A stretch of DNA of 64,000 nt, taken from NCBI GenBank assembly GCA_023663385.1, contig JAMPHO010000004.1:14053-78052 (forward strand). Reading direction: 5' to 3'. Of the stretch, positions 25,389 through 35,300 are shown piece after piece. Source of the stretch: Alistipes timonensis. GTDB lineage: Bacteria > Bacteroidota > Bacteroidia > Bacteroidales > Muribaculaceae. The notes below the pieces were generated by a model. The model was not told the origin of the DNA. It made no database searches and saw only the letters and a list, made by a program, of their open reading frames with translations. A program made the translations under genes and the position numbers. Numbering within the stretch: the stretch's first letter is position 1; each line of letters begins with the position of its first letter.

Positions 25389-26687
25389 TTACTTAACGGA
25401 GAGGTTCACGGTGTCGGTACCGGCGGCGAAGTCGCCCATCACCCGGCTTATGGCCAGGCAAATGTCGCGGCTCACGGCCCCGGAGTCGGCGGGCGCCCCG
25501 CCGATGGCCCTGAGGAAGGCGAGAATCTGGTAGCGGATCCCCTCGCCGTCGAGCTGGTAGAAGTAGCGGCGGTTGTCCTGAGGGTTCTCGAACCGAGCCT
25601 CGAAATAGTCAGTTTTCCACCAGGGGGCGGGCACATAGAGGTACCCCTTGGTGCCGGCCACCACCAGCTCACCCTCGCTCTTGACCCCCTTGGCTGCCTT
25701 TGCCGAGGCGCATGCCGAGGGGTACACCAGCGACACGCGGGCAAACTCGTCGTAGTCGCCCACCCGTCGGGCCACAATCTGCTTCGAGCTGTAGCCGGTG
25801 CCGAGTATCTGCATGGCGGGAAGGAGGGCTATGGGGCCCCAGTCGGCCAGCGAGCTCCATTCGCGCCCAAGCGAGGCGGCGTCGGAGTAGTCGACCGGGC
25901 GGAGCGAGGTGCAGGTGGCGTCGACCGACACCACATCACCTATCGCGCCCCCCAAGGCGAGGAGCACCAGGCGGCGGTAGGCCGTCGCATAGGCCGTCTT
26001 GCACCCGGCCATCAGCACCAGTCCCCTCTCGTCGGCCAGGCGGAAAAGCTCGGCGGTCTGCGCCTCGCTGAGGGTCATAGGGAGCTCCAGCAGCACATGG
26101 CGCCCCAGTTCGAGGGCGCGGCGGGCCTGGCGGTAGTGGTCGCGCGGATGCGAGTATATATATAATGCGTCAACCCGGGCTGCGAAGGCGTCGAAATCCT
26201 CCCCAGGGTCGGGGAGGATGGGCTCGGCGCCGTCGACGTAGCCGCATTCGGCGGCGAACTTGTCGGTGACGGAACTCTGCCCTACGATGCCGAGGCGCAC
26301 CTTGGCGCGGGCCGAACGGATTTCGGTGCTCGACACCCCGGCGGTGCGTTCGAGGTACACCACCTCGCAGTAGGGCTTGAGATAGTCGAACTTCCCCTCC
26401 CAGTCGCTGCCGATGGCGAACACGTCGATGCCGCGGTCGCGGATGTCGTCGATTTTCTGCCCCTCGTACTCCTCGGCGATAATCTCGTCGGCGATGCCGG
26501 TGGCGCGGAGGGCCTCGACGCGCTCCATAAAGCTCTGGCGCACGTTTATTTTGCCGCGGGCGCGGTCGAAGTCGTCCGAGGTCACCCCTACCACCAAGTA
26601 GTCGCCCAGGGCCTTGGCGCGCTCAAGCAGGCGCAGGTGGCCCCGGTGGAGCAGGTCGTAGGTGCCGTATGTAATTACTTTCTTCAC
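25389..26687 (-). CDS. Fusion protein: TagD-like cytidylyltransferase plus Gfo/Idh/MocA-like oxidoreductase
   Basis: 432 aa. N-terminal ~130 aa are near-colinear with glycerol-3-phosphate cytidylyltransferase (TYGTYDLLHRGH, RTAGVSSTEIR). The C-terminal ~300 aa have a Rossmann start (RLGIVGQSS) and an oxidoreductase-like body. Confidence 0.75.
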   Translation of the reverse strand: MKKVITYGTYDLLHRGHLRLLERAKALGDYLVVGVTSDDFDRARGKINVRQSFMERVEALRATGIADEIIAEEYEGQKIDDIRDRGIDVFAIGSDWEGKFDYLKPYCEVVYLERTAGVSSTEIRSARAKVRLGIVGQSSVTDKFAAECGYVDGAEPILPDPGEDFDAFAARVDALYIYSHPRDHYRQARRALELGRHVLLELPMTLSEAQTAELFRLADERGLVLMAGCKTAYATAYRRLVLLALGGAIGDVVSVDATCTSLRPVDYSDAASLGREWSSLADWGPIALLPAMQILGTGYSSKQIVARRVGDYDEFARVSLVYPSACASAKAAKGVKSEGELVVAGTKGYLYVPAPWWKTDYFEARFENPQDNRRYFYQLDGEGIRYQILAFLRAIGGAPADSGAVSRDICLAISRVMGDFAAGTDTVNLSVK

Positions 26688-26711
26688 GTCGGAGGGGGGC
26701 GGGTTGATGGT

Positions 26712-27785
26712 TCAGATGAGGCCCCGGCGGCGCATATCGCGGAGGGCGTCGATGAGGGCGTCGTTGTCGGCGGGGGTGAGGGCCCCGATATGCCCCACGC
26801 GGAACACGCTGTCGCGCAGCTCGCCGCCGTTGGGGCACACCCATATGCCGTACTCGTCCTTGAGGGTGGTAAATATGTCGTAGGCCGAGGCCGTGGTCGG
26901 GTGGAGCGGGGTTACGCAGTTCGAGAGGCTTTCGGAGACAATCTCGAACGGGAGGTTGCCGATTTTGGCGCGGAAGTCGGCGGCGATGGCGGCGATGGCG
27001 TCATGCTCGGCACGCGCCCCTCCGGCAGCCTCGATTTCGCGCAGACGGGTATTGATTTGGCGCAGAATACCTACGGCGGGGGTGAAGGGGGTCTGCCCCC
27101 GCTCGCCGTTCTTCAGCGCGTCGCGCAGGTCGAGGTACATACATTTGCGCTCGGCCTTCAGCGCACGCTCCACCCCGGAGGGGGAGAGCACTATTATCGA
27201 CACCCCGGGCGGGCATGCCAGCGCCTTCTGCGAACCGGTAATCATAGCCCCGGCCCCGAGCGCCTCCATGTCGAAATCGTCGGTGAGGAACGAGCTTATG
27301 GCGTCGACTATGAGGAACATCCCCTCGCGGCGGCAGAACCCGGCGATCATCTCCAGGTCGTAGAGCACCCCGGTCGAGGTCTCCCCGGCGTTGACCACCA
27401 GGGCGGTGAACCCCTGCCCGGCATACTCCCCGAGCCGCTCGGGCCGCAGGGCCTTGCCGGGGGCGAGGCGTATCTCCTCGAAAGGTATGCCGTGGAGCTC
27501 CAGAAGCTCGACGAAGCGGTGGCCGAAGCTGCCGCCGTTGACGGCCAGCACCTTGTCGGCCGGGGTGAGGAGGTTCATCACCGCCGCCTCCATCGAGGCC
27601 GTGCCCGAGCCGGTGATGAACACCGCCCGGCTCCCGGCGGGAGCGTTGGCGAAGCGGAGCATCAGGCGCTCGTTCTCCAGCATCACCTCGGAAAACTCCG
27701 GGGTGCGGAAATAGGGCACCTGCTCGGCCCCGACGGCGCGCACGCCGTCGGACGACTGCACCGGGCCCACTGTGAAATTGATCAT
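26712..27785 (-). CDS. Class V aminotransferase-fold PLP enzyme (AGXT/PhnW-like)
   Basis: 357 aa. [12 protein letters not shown] and the PLP-lysine block [13 protein letters not shown]. First gene of the cassette. Confidence 0.75.
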   Translation of the reverse strand: MINFTVGPVQSSDGVRAVGAEQVPYFRTPEFSEVMLENERLMLRFANAPAGSRAVFITGSGTASMEAAVMNLLTPADKVLAVNGGSFGHRFVELLELHGIPFEEIRLAPGKALRPERLGEYAGQGFTALVVNAGETSTGVLYDLEMIAGFCRREGMFLIVDAISSFLTDDFDMEALGAGAMITGSQKALACPPGVSIIVLSPSGVERALKAERKCMYLDLRDALKNGERGQTPFTPAVGILRQINTRLREIEAAGGARAEHDAIAAIAADFRAKIGNLPFEIVSESLSNCVTPLHPTTASAYDIFTTLKDEYGIWVCPNGGELRDSVFRVGHIGALTPADNDALIDALRDMRRRGLI

Positions 27786-27827
27786 TCCTTTAAACTTTTC
27801 AGATTATATAAGGTCTTCTCTTATCCG

Positions 27828-27835
27828 CGAAGTTA
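27828..27835 (-). promoter_or_regulatory. -7 box TAACTTCG (extended TAACTTCGCGG) for the aminotransferase-LicD operon
   Basis: Minus-strand agTAACTTCGCGGat, 43 nt upstream of the ATG at 27785. Confidence 0.5.
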
Positions 27836-27875
27836 CTTAATTTAGACGAAATAATATTGAAATAAACCAAAACCT

Positions 27876-27906
27876 TTTGACGTTTGTTAAAATAGTGTTA
27901 ACTTTG
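27876..27906 (+). promoter_or_regulatory. Bacteroidota promoter for ompA-like gene (-33 TTTG and -7 TAACTTTG)
   Basis: TTTG at 27876-27879 and an exact TAnnTTTG at 27899-27906, with a 19-nt spacer. The ATG is at 27947. Confidence 0.6.
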
Positions 27907-27946
27907 CCGACCAACGTTTCAACGAATACTTTAAAATTTTTCAGTT

Positions 27947-29104
27947 ATGAAGAAGTTATTACTCATAGCAGCCCTCGCTGCCGGGACAATCGGAGCCTCC
28001 GCGCAGGTAACCGTAGCAGGTAGCAAATTCACCGACAACTGGTCGTTCACCCTCAAAGGTGGCGCTGTTACACCCCTCAAGAACCACGACTTCATAAAGT
28101 CGGCCCGCGGCATCGCCGGCGCCGAACTCCGCAAACAGATCACTCCCTGCTTCGGCCTCGGCGTTGAAGGCGAGTGGACTGTGAACACCTCCGCCTGGAC
28201 CGGCTACAAGTCCAGCAACGCCTTCGACCACCAGTATGTAGGCGTGTTCGGTACCCTTAACCTGATGAACGCCTTCGCCGGATACAAGGGCGCTCCCCGC
28301 GTATTCGAAATGGAAGTCGTGGCCGGCACCGGCTGGCTCCACGCCTACTACCCCCACACCGAGGGTGGCGACTCCAACACCTGGGGCACCAAGGCTGGCC
28401 TGAACTTCAACTTCAACCTCGGCCAGGCCAAGGCTTGGACCATCTCCCTGAAGCCCGCGTTCCTCTGGGCGATGAACACCAACGGCGACTTCAGCGCCAT
28501 GGGCATGGACGCCACCTACAACGGCAACGCATGCGTGTTCCAGCTCCAGGCCGGCGTAACCTACCACTTCGGCAACTCCAACGGCACCCACCACTTCTCG
28601 ATCGTGCGCCCCTACGACCAGGCTGAAATCGACGCCCTCAACGCGCAGATCAACGACCTCCGCGGCGAACTCGAAGCTTGCGGCGCCGGCTCCGCGGCCC
28701 TCATGGCACAGCTCGCCGACCTCCAGGCCCAGCTCGACGCTTGCAACCGCCGCCCCGTGGCAGTTGAGAAGGTTGTGAAGGACCTCAACAACATCCGCTA
28801 CGTCTTCTTCAACCTCAGCAGCGCTACCGTTCAGGCCAACCAGCAGCCCAACATCGCCATGGTGGCCGACGCCCTCAAGGCGAACTCCAACGCCACCTGC
28901 ACCGTCAAGGGCTACGCCTCCAAGGACGGCTCGCTCGCCTTCAACAAGAAGCTCGCCCAGCGCCGCGCCGACTCCGTCAAGAAGGAGCTCGTGAAGCGCT
29001 ACGGCATCGCCTCCGACCGCGTCAAGGCCGAAGGCCAGGGTATCGGCGACCTCTTCTCCGAGAACTCCTGGAACCGCGTGGCAGTCTGCACCGTCAACGA
29101 ATAA
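27947..29104 (+). CDS. OmpA-family outer membrane protein
   Basis: 385 aa. Signal peptide, beta-barrel-like N-half, coiled-coil linker (AEIDALNAQINDLRGELE..) and a C-terminal OmpA domain (GYASKDGS..FNKKLAQRRADSV). Confidence 0.88.
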   Translation: MKKLLLIAALAAGTIGASAQVTVAGSKFTDNWSFTLKGGAVTPLKNHDFIKSARGIAGAELRKQITPCFGLGVEGEWTVNTSAWTGYKSSNAFDHQYVGVFGTLNLMNAFAGYKGAPRVFEMEVVAGTGWLHAYYPHTEGGDSNTWGTKAGLNFNFNLGQAKAWTISLKPAFLWAMNTNGDFSAMGMDATYNGNACVFQLQAGVTYHFGNSNGTHHFSIVRPYDQAEIDALNAQINDLRGELEACGAGSAALMAQLADLQAQLDACNRRPVAVEKVVKDLNNIRYVFFNLSSATVQANQQPNIAMVADALKANSNATCTVKGYASKDGSLAFNKKLAQRRADSVKKELVKRYGIASDRVKAEGQGIGDLFSENSWNRVAVCTVNE

Positions 29105-29127
29105 TATCACCCCGATATACGATTGAA

Positions 29128-29158
29128 GCGCGCCCGGCACCCCCGGGCGCGCTTTTTT
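29128..29158 (+). terminator. Rho-independent terminator after ompA-like gene
   Basis: Perfect 10-bp stem gcgcgcccgg / ccgggcgcgc with a 5-nt loop, followed by tttttt. Confidence 0.8.
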
Positions 29159-29172
29159 AACGCGAAATTTGT

Positions 29173-29180
29173 TATATTCG
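29173..29180 (+). promoter_or_regulatory. -7 box TATATTCG for hflX
   Basis: TAnnTT(C)G followed by CG, 24 nt upstream of the ATG at 29204. Confidence 0.45.
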
Positions 29181-29203
29181 CGTACGCAACCATCAAGAAC
29201 TTT

Positions 29204-30454
29204 ATGAAAGACCTCGTTATAAGCCGCGAAACCACCGAGCGGGCGCTCCTCGTGGGGCTCGTCACACCCCGCCAGGGTGAGGCCAAAGTCAACGAATACC
29301 TCGATGAGCTCGCCTTCCTGGCCCAGACCGCCGGGGCGGAAGTCGTCGGCCGCTTCACACAGAAACTCGAATACCCCAATCCCCGCACCTTCGTAGGGCA
29401 GGGTAAGCTCGAAGAGATACGCCAGTATGTCGAGAAAAACGAAATCGGCATGGTGATTTTCGACGACGACCTCTCGACCAAGCAGGTGGCCAACATCGAA
29501 AAGGCCCTGCAGGTGAAGATTCTCGACCGTTCGAGCCTCATCCTCGACATATTCGCCAAGCGCGCCCAGACCGCCACGGCCAAAACCCAGGTGGAGCTGG
29601 CCCAATACCAGTACCTCCTCCCCCGACTGACCCGTATGTGGACCCACCTCGAACGCCAGAAGGGTGGTATCGGTATGCGCGGCCCGGGCGAAACCCAGAT
29701 CGAGACCGACCGACGCATAATCCAGCGCCGCATATCGCTGCTCAAACAAGAACTCGCCGACATCGACCGCCAGAAAACCCTCCAGCGCAAGAACCGCGGC
29801 AAGCTCACCCGAGTGGCACTCGTGGGGTACACCAACGTTGGCAAGTCGACCCTGATGAACCTCCTGAGCAAGAGTGAGGTGTTCGCCGAAAACAAGCTTT
29901 TCGCCACCCTCGACACCACAGTGCGCAAGGTTATCATCGACAACCTCCCCTTCCTGCTCACCGACACCGTGGGGTTCATACGCAAGCTCCCCCCGCACCT
30001 GGTGGAGTCGTTCAAATCGACCCTCGACGAGGTGCGCGACGCCGACCTGCTGGTCCACGTCGTCGATGTCTCCCACCCCGGCTTCGAGGAGCAGATCGAG
30101 GTGGTCAACAAGACCCTCGCCGAGGTATGCGGCTCGGCCGACAAGCCGGTAATCGTGGTGTTCAACAAAATCGACGCCTACTCCCACACCCCCAAGGATG
30201 AGGACGACCTCACACCCCGCACCCGCGAGAACATACCCCTCGAAGAGCTCAAGCAAACCTGGATGAACCGCCTCGAACCCGACAACTGCGTGTTCATCTC
30301 GGCCAAGAAAGGTATCAACATCGACGAGCTCAAGGAGAAGATATACCAGCGCGCCAAGGAGATACACACCGAGCGCTTCCCCTACAACGACTTCCTCTTC
30401 AACCACTACGAGGAGGACACCCCCTCCTCCGATGACACCTCCGCGGAACAATGA
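29204..30454 (+). CDS. hflX: GTPase HflX
   Basis: Track ORF trimmed to MKDLVISRE. G1 GYTNVGKST, G3 DTVGF, G4 NKID. The N-terminal HflX domain is present. Confidence 0.9.
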   Translation: MKDLVISRETTERALLVGLVTPRQGEAKVNEYLDELAFLAQTAGAEVVGRFTQKLEYPNPRTFVGQGKLEEIRQYVEKNEIGMVIFDDDLSTKQVANIEKALQVKILDRSSLILDIFAKRAQTATAKTQVELAQYQYLLPRLTRMWTHLERQKGGIGMRGPGETQIETDRRIIQRRISLLKQELADIDRQKTLQRKNRGKLTRVALVGYTNVGKSTLMNLLSKSEVFAENKLFATLDTTVRKVIIDNLPFLLTDTVGFIRKLPPHLVESFKSTLDEVRDADLLVHVVDVSHPGFEEQIEVVNKTLAEVCGSADKPVIVVFNKIDAYSHTPKDEDDLTPRTRENIPLEELKQTWMNRLEPDNCVFISAKKGINIDELKEKIYQRAKEIHTERFPYNDFLFNHYEEDTPSSDDTSAEQ

Positions 30455-31794
30455 CTAAGATGCGATGGAGCCGCCTGGTGAGCGACAAGCGGTTCGGACT
30501 CGAACATTACCACGACCCCAAGCGGGGCAACCGGTCGGAATTCCAGCGCGACTTCGACCGGCTGGTGTTCTCGTCGCCCTTCCGGCGGCTTCAGAACAAG
30601 ACGCAGGTGTTCCCCCTGCCGGGGAGCATCTTCGTGCACAACCGCCTGACCCACTCCATCGAGGTGGCGTCGGTGGGGCGCTCGCTTGCCCGCGAAATCG
30701 CCATACTGCTCACCCCGCGCCACGCCGACGAGGCCGACCGCCAGGCCCTCGATTCCATCGGCGAGATAGTGGCCGCCGCGTGCCTGGCCCACGACCTTGG
30801 GAACCCCCCGTTCGGCCACTCGGGCGAGAAGTCGATCTCGACCTTCTTCTCCGAAGGGGCCGGGGCCGACCTCCGCGACTCCCTCACCGAGGGTGAGTGG
30901 GCCGACCTGGTATGCTTCGAGGGTAACGCCAACGCCTTCAGGCTGCTCACGCACCAGTTCCACGGACGCCGCGAGGGGGGCTTCGCGATGACCTACCCGA
31001 TGCTCGCCTCCATCGTCAAATATCCCTACTCCTCGACCCTGGCCGGAGAGCGGGGCAAATTCGGCTTCTTCACCTCCGAGGAGGAGAGCTTCCGCCGCGT
31101 GGCCGACGAGCTGGGTATGCTCCGCCTCCCCTCTCCCGAAGGTACCCTGCGCTACGCCCGCCACCCGCTGGTCTACATCGTGGAGGCCGCCGACGACATA
31201 TGCTACGAGGTGATGGACATCGAGGACGCCCACAAACTCAAAATCCTCCCCACCGAGCGGGTCAAGAGCCTCTTCTTAGGGTTCCTCGACCAGGCGCGCC
31301 GCGAGCGGGCGCTCGGGGTGATGGCCTCGATCGACGACCCCAACGAGCAGGTGGCCTACCTGCGGTCGTCGGTGATCGGCACCCTGGTGAGCCGCTGCGC
31401 CGCCGCCTTCGCCGACAACGAGGAGGCCATACTCGCGGGCACGTTCGAGGGCTCGCTCATCGACCATATGCCCCCGCTGGAGCGCGAGGCATACGAGGCG
31501 TGCGTCGCCCTGTCGTGGGACCGCCTTTACCGCGCCCCCGAGGTGGTCGACATCGAGCTGGCGGGCAACCGCATCCTCACCTTCCTTCTCGAAAAACTGG
31601 TGCACGCCGTGCGCAACCCCTCGCTCAACTACTCGCGGCTGCTCCTTTCGCAGGTGCCGAAGCAGTACGACGTCGAGGCCCCCACCCTCTTCGGCAAGCT
31701 CCAGGCCGTGGTCGACCACGTCTCGGCCATGACGGACGTCTACGCCCTCAACCTCTACCGCAAACTCAACGGCCAGACCCTCCCCGCCGTCTGA
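30451..31794 (+). CDS. dgt: dGTP triphosphohydrolase-like HD-domain protein
   Basis: 447 aa. HNRLTHSIEVASVGRS and HDLGNPPFGHSGE motifs. 4-nt ATGA overlap with hflX. Confidence 0.88.
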   Translation: MTKMRWSRLVSDKRFGLEHYHDPKRGNRSEFQRDFDRLVFSSPFRRLQNKTQVFPLPGSIFVHNRLTHSIEVASVGRSLAREIAILLTPRHADEADRQALDSIGEIVAAACLAHDLGNPPFGHSGEKSISTFFSEGAGADLRDSLTEGEWADLVCFEGNANAFRLLTHQFHGRREGGFAMTYPMLASIVKYPYSSTLAGERGKFGFFTSEEESFRRVADELGMLRLPSPEGTLRYARHPLVYIVEAADDICYEVMDIEDAHKLKILPTERVKSLFLGFLDQARRERALGVMASIDDPNEQVAYLRSSVIGTLVSRCAAAFADNEEAILAGTFEGSLIDHMPPLEREAYEACVALSWDRLYRAPEVVDIELAGNRILTFLLEKLVHAVRNPSLNYSRLLLSQVPKQYDVEAPTLFGKLQAVVDHVSAMTDVYALNLYRKLNGQTLPAV

Positions 31795-31994
31795 GAAACT
31801 GTTTAAAAATCTTTCGGAAAAAATTTTAAACAGTTTCTGACCCCCTGCAAAAACGGGGCTTTTCGGGGCCAAAACCGATTTTATGTTTTATAACATATCG
31901 CCGCAAGTCGCTGTGCTTGCGGCGATTGACGTTTATTAACATTGTTAAAGGGTGTTTTGGAACTTGAAAAAATTGCATTGTTAGGGATTTTCGA

Positions 31995-32002
31995 TAATTT
32001 TG
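31995..32002 (+). promoter_or_regulatory. -7 box TAATTTTG (extended TAATTTTGCGG) upstream of susC-like gene
   Basis: This is the only exact TAnnTTTG I find in 31795-32300. It implies a ~290-nt leader. Confidence 0.4.
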
Positions 32003-32183
32003 CGGCTGATTCTAAAAAAACGATTTAGCGCCGGAGGGAGCGACACCGCGACCTCTCAACTACCAAACCATGGAAAACGGCCACCAGGCCAACCCCAGCC
32101 CCTCTCTCCGCGAGCCGGCCCCGCCTCTCCGAGCGCCTTAGAGATTATCTGATTTAACTAAACTTTTAAGCGATTAATTGTTA

Positions 32184-32226
32184 TTAGTAAGCGCGGCCGC
32201 GCTTACTAACGTGCCCCCGGGGGCAC
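32184..32226. promoter_or_regulatory. Two adjacent perfect palindromes in the susC leader
   Basis: ttagtaagcgcgg/ccgcgcttactaa (26 nt, 32184-32209) and gtgccccc/gggggcac (16 nt, 32211-32226), ending 75 nt upstream of the susC ATG. Confidence 0.6.
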
Positions 32227-32300
32227 GGCGCGAAAAATCGAAAGCCGATTCTACCTACATCATCCGTGAAAGCGAAACATCAATCCCAAACACTTAATAA

Positions 32301-35300
32301 ATGAAACATTCACAAACAGGAATCGCCAAGAAACTTCTGTTTCTACTGGTGGGGCTGCTTTGCGCCGTAGGCGCCAACGCGCAGTCAATCTCCGTCAGCG
32401 GCACAGTCACCGACCCCTCGGGTGAGCCGCTGATCGGCGCGAGTGTTATAGCGCAGGGCTCATCGGCCGGCGCCGCAACCGACATCGACGGCCGCTACAC
32501 GATCTCAGTGCCGGCCAACGCCGTGCTCGTGTTCTCCTACGTCGGCTACGACGCGCAGAACGTGCCCGTCGACGGCCGCTCGGTGATCAACGTCACCATG
32601 CAGGAAAACTCCGTGATGCTTAACGAAGTCGTGGCCATCGGTTACGGCGTTGTGAAGAAAAGCGACGCCACCGGCTCCGTGGCCGTGATCAAACCCGACG
32701 AAATCGAGGCCGGCCTCGCCACCTCCGTGCAGGACATGCTCGTGGGCCAGACCCCGGGCGTGGTGGTGACCACCGCCGGCGGCCCCGAGGGTAACGCGAC
32801 CATCCGCATCCGCGGCGGCTCCTCCCTCTCGGCCTCCAACAACCCCCTGATTGTGATCGACGGCGTGCCCATCGAGAGCTCCGCCTCGGTAGGTATGACC
32901 AACCCCCTGGCGCTCATCTCCCCGGAGAACATCGAGTCGATGACCGTGCTCAAGGACGCTTCGGCAACCGCCATCTACGGTTCGCGCGCTTCGAACGGCG
33001 TAATCATCGTCACCACCAAGAAGGGCAAGGCCGGCAAGCCCCAGGTGAACTTCGCCGCCAATATGTATGTGAACCACGCCCGCAAGACCTGGGACGTGCT
33101 CTCGGCCGGCGAGTTCCGCTCGCTCATCGGCGAGAAATACGGCGAGGACTCCGGCGCCTACAAGGCAATGGGCAACGCCGACACCGACTGGCAGGACGAG
33201 GTTCTGCGCACCACCGTGTCGCACGACTACAACCTCTCCGTGGCCGGTACCGCCGGGATACTCCCCTACCGCGTCAACGTGGGCTACACCGGCTCCAACG
33301 GCATCCTCCTCGACTCGAAGATGGACCGCGTGACCGCCGGGCTCTCGCTCAACCCCAAGTTCTTCAACGACCACCTCTCCGTTAACCTCAACGGCAACTA
33401 CACCTATATCTACAATAAGCGCGTCGAGGAAGGCGCCATGAACGCCGCGATGAACTTCGACCCCACGCACCCCGTGAAGGACAACCGCGAAATCGTAGGC
33501 GGCACCGCCATGGACCAGCACAAGTACCTCTACAACGGTTACTTCAACTGGGACAACACCAACGACAAGGGTGAGACCGCCGTTAACGACAACGCCACCC
33601 AGAACCCCGTGCAGATGCTCAAGGACCGCGACTGGCACGCCAAGCTCAACCGCTTCAACGGCAACCTCCAGCTCGACTACGCCATCCACGGATTCGAAGA
33701 CCTCCACGCCAACATCAACCTCGGCCTCGACGTTCAGCGCGGCGACGAATGGAACGCCGTCGAGTCCAACTCCATCATGGCATGGCGCGGCCACGACCAC
33801 TACGCCGGCTCCTTCGAGGACCGCCTCCATCAGGAACGCAACAACTACCTCCTCGACTTCTACCTCAACTACAAGAAGGAGGTCGAGAGCATCTACTCGG
33901 TGTTCGACGTCACCGCCGGTTACTCCTGGCAGCGTTTCGAGGACTCCGGCTGGAAGCGCGGCGCCGACTCCAACTCGGGCTACCGCACCGGCGTGGGCTA
34001 CCTCACCCCGACCGTCAACGGCACCGGCTGGAACCTCAACGTGAATGAAGGCACCACCAACCTCGTAGGCAAGAACTTCGCCGACGACGTGATCAACGCC
34101 GAAGGGAACTACCACTGGAAAAACCGCCTGCAGCTCCTCTCGTTCTTCGGCCGCGTGAACTACTCGCTCTACGAGCGCTACCTCCTTACCGTCACCGTCC
34201 GCGGCGACGCCACCTCGCGCTTCTCGAAGGACAACCGCTGGGGTGTGTTCCCCTCCGTGGCCCTGGGCTGGAAGATTAACGACGAAGCCTTCATGCAGCC
34301 CGCCTCCGGCTGGCTCAGCGACCTGAAGCTCCGCCTGGGCTGGGGTGTCACCGGCCAGCAGGAAGTAGGCTCGACCTGCAACTACCTGCCGATGTACTCC
34401 ATAGCCGCCCCCGGCTCCCTCTACCCCGATATGCTCGGCGGCAACGGCTACCAGAGCACCTACTTCCTGATCGGCTACAACCCCGACCTCAAATGGGAGC
34501 AGACCGTTACCTGGAACGCCGGACTCGACTTCGGGTTCCTCAACAACCGCGTCAACGGTAGCATCGACTACTACTACCGCAAGACCAAGGACCTGCTGTC
34601 GTTCGTGACGGTGCCCGCCGGTTCCTCGACCACCAACATGCTCAACCGCAACATCGGTGATATGAAGAACTACGGCGTCGAGTTCAACATCTCGGCCAAG
34701 CCCGTGGTGACCAAGGACTTCACCTGGACCCTCACCTACAACGTAGGCTGGAACCACAACGAAATCACCAAGCTCAACGACAACGCTGCCATCTACAAGG
34801 TAGGCGGCATCTCGGGCGGTACCGGCAACACCGTGCAGGCCCACGCCGTAGGCTACCCCGCCTACTCCTTCTACCTCCTGCAGCAGGTTTACGACGCCGA
34901 CGGCAAGCCCCTCGAAGGTTGCTACGTCGACCAGAACCAGGACGGCAAGATCGACGAGTCGGACCGCGTGCTCAACCACTCGGCCGCCCCGAAGGTGACT
35001 ATGACATTCGGCTCGCAGTTCCGCTACAAGCAGTGGGACCTCGGCTTCAACCTCCGCGCCTCGCTGGGCAACTACGTTTACAACAACGTGCTCTCCACCA
35101 AGGCCGTGTATAACGACCTCTTCGGCTACGGCCTGAACAACCTCGTGGTCAACGACGTGTACTTCGAGCAGGCACAGCTCATGAGCGACTACTACCTCCG
35201 CAACGGCTCATTCCTCCGCTGCGACAACATCACCCTGGGCTACACCTTCGAGAACCTCCTGCGCGACAAGCTCCGCCTCCGCATCTTCGCCGGTGTGCAG

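Noticed and set aside
27959-30451. Very long antisense ORFs in the track: 27959..30451 (830 aa), 32505..34979 (824 aa), 21015..22817 (600 aa), 47088..48821 (577 aa), 57595..59184 (529 aa), 35470..37023 (517 aa), 38190..39725 (511 aa), 59559..61028 (489 aa), 18105..19562 (485 aa), 6307..7737 (476 aa), 48848..50218 (456 aa) and similar.
   Set aside because: Each lies opposite a gene with clear family motifs. Their translations are low-complexity and rich in G/V/A/E/H/D/L/R, with no recognisable domains. Some run straight across intergenic spacers and terminators. Stop-poor antisense frames are expected at this G+C content and with third-position GC bias.
30451-31794. The dGTPase as an anti-phage nucleotide-depletion defence gene.
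   Set aside because: It is translationally coupled to the housekeeping GTPase hflX. It has native composition and no flanking defence or mobile genes, and it matches the conserved Bacteroidota dgt-like housekeeping arrangement.
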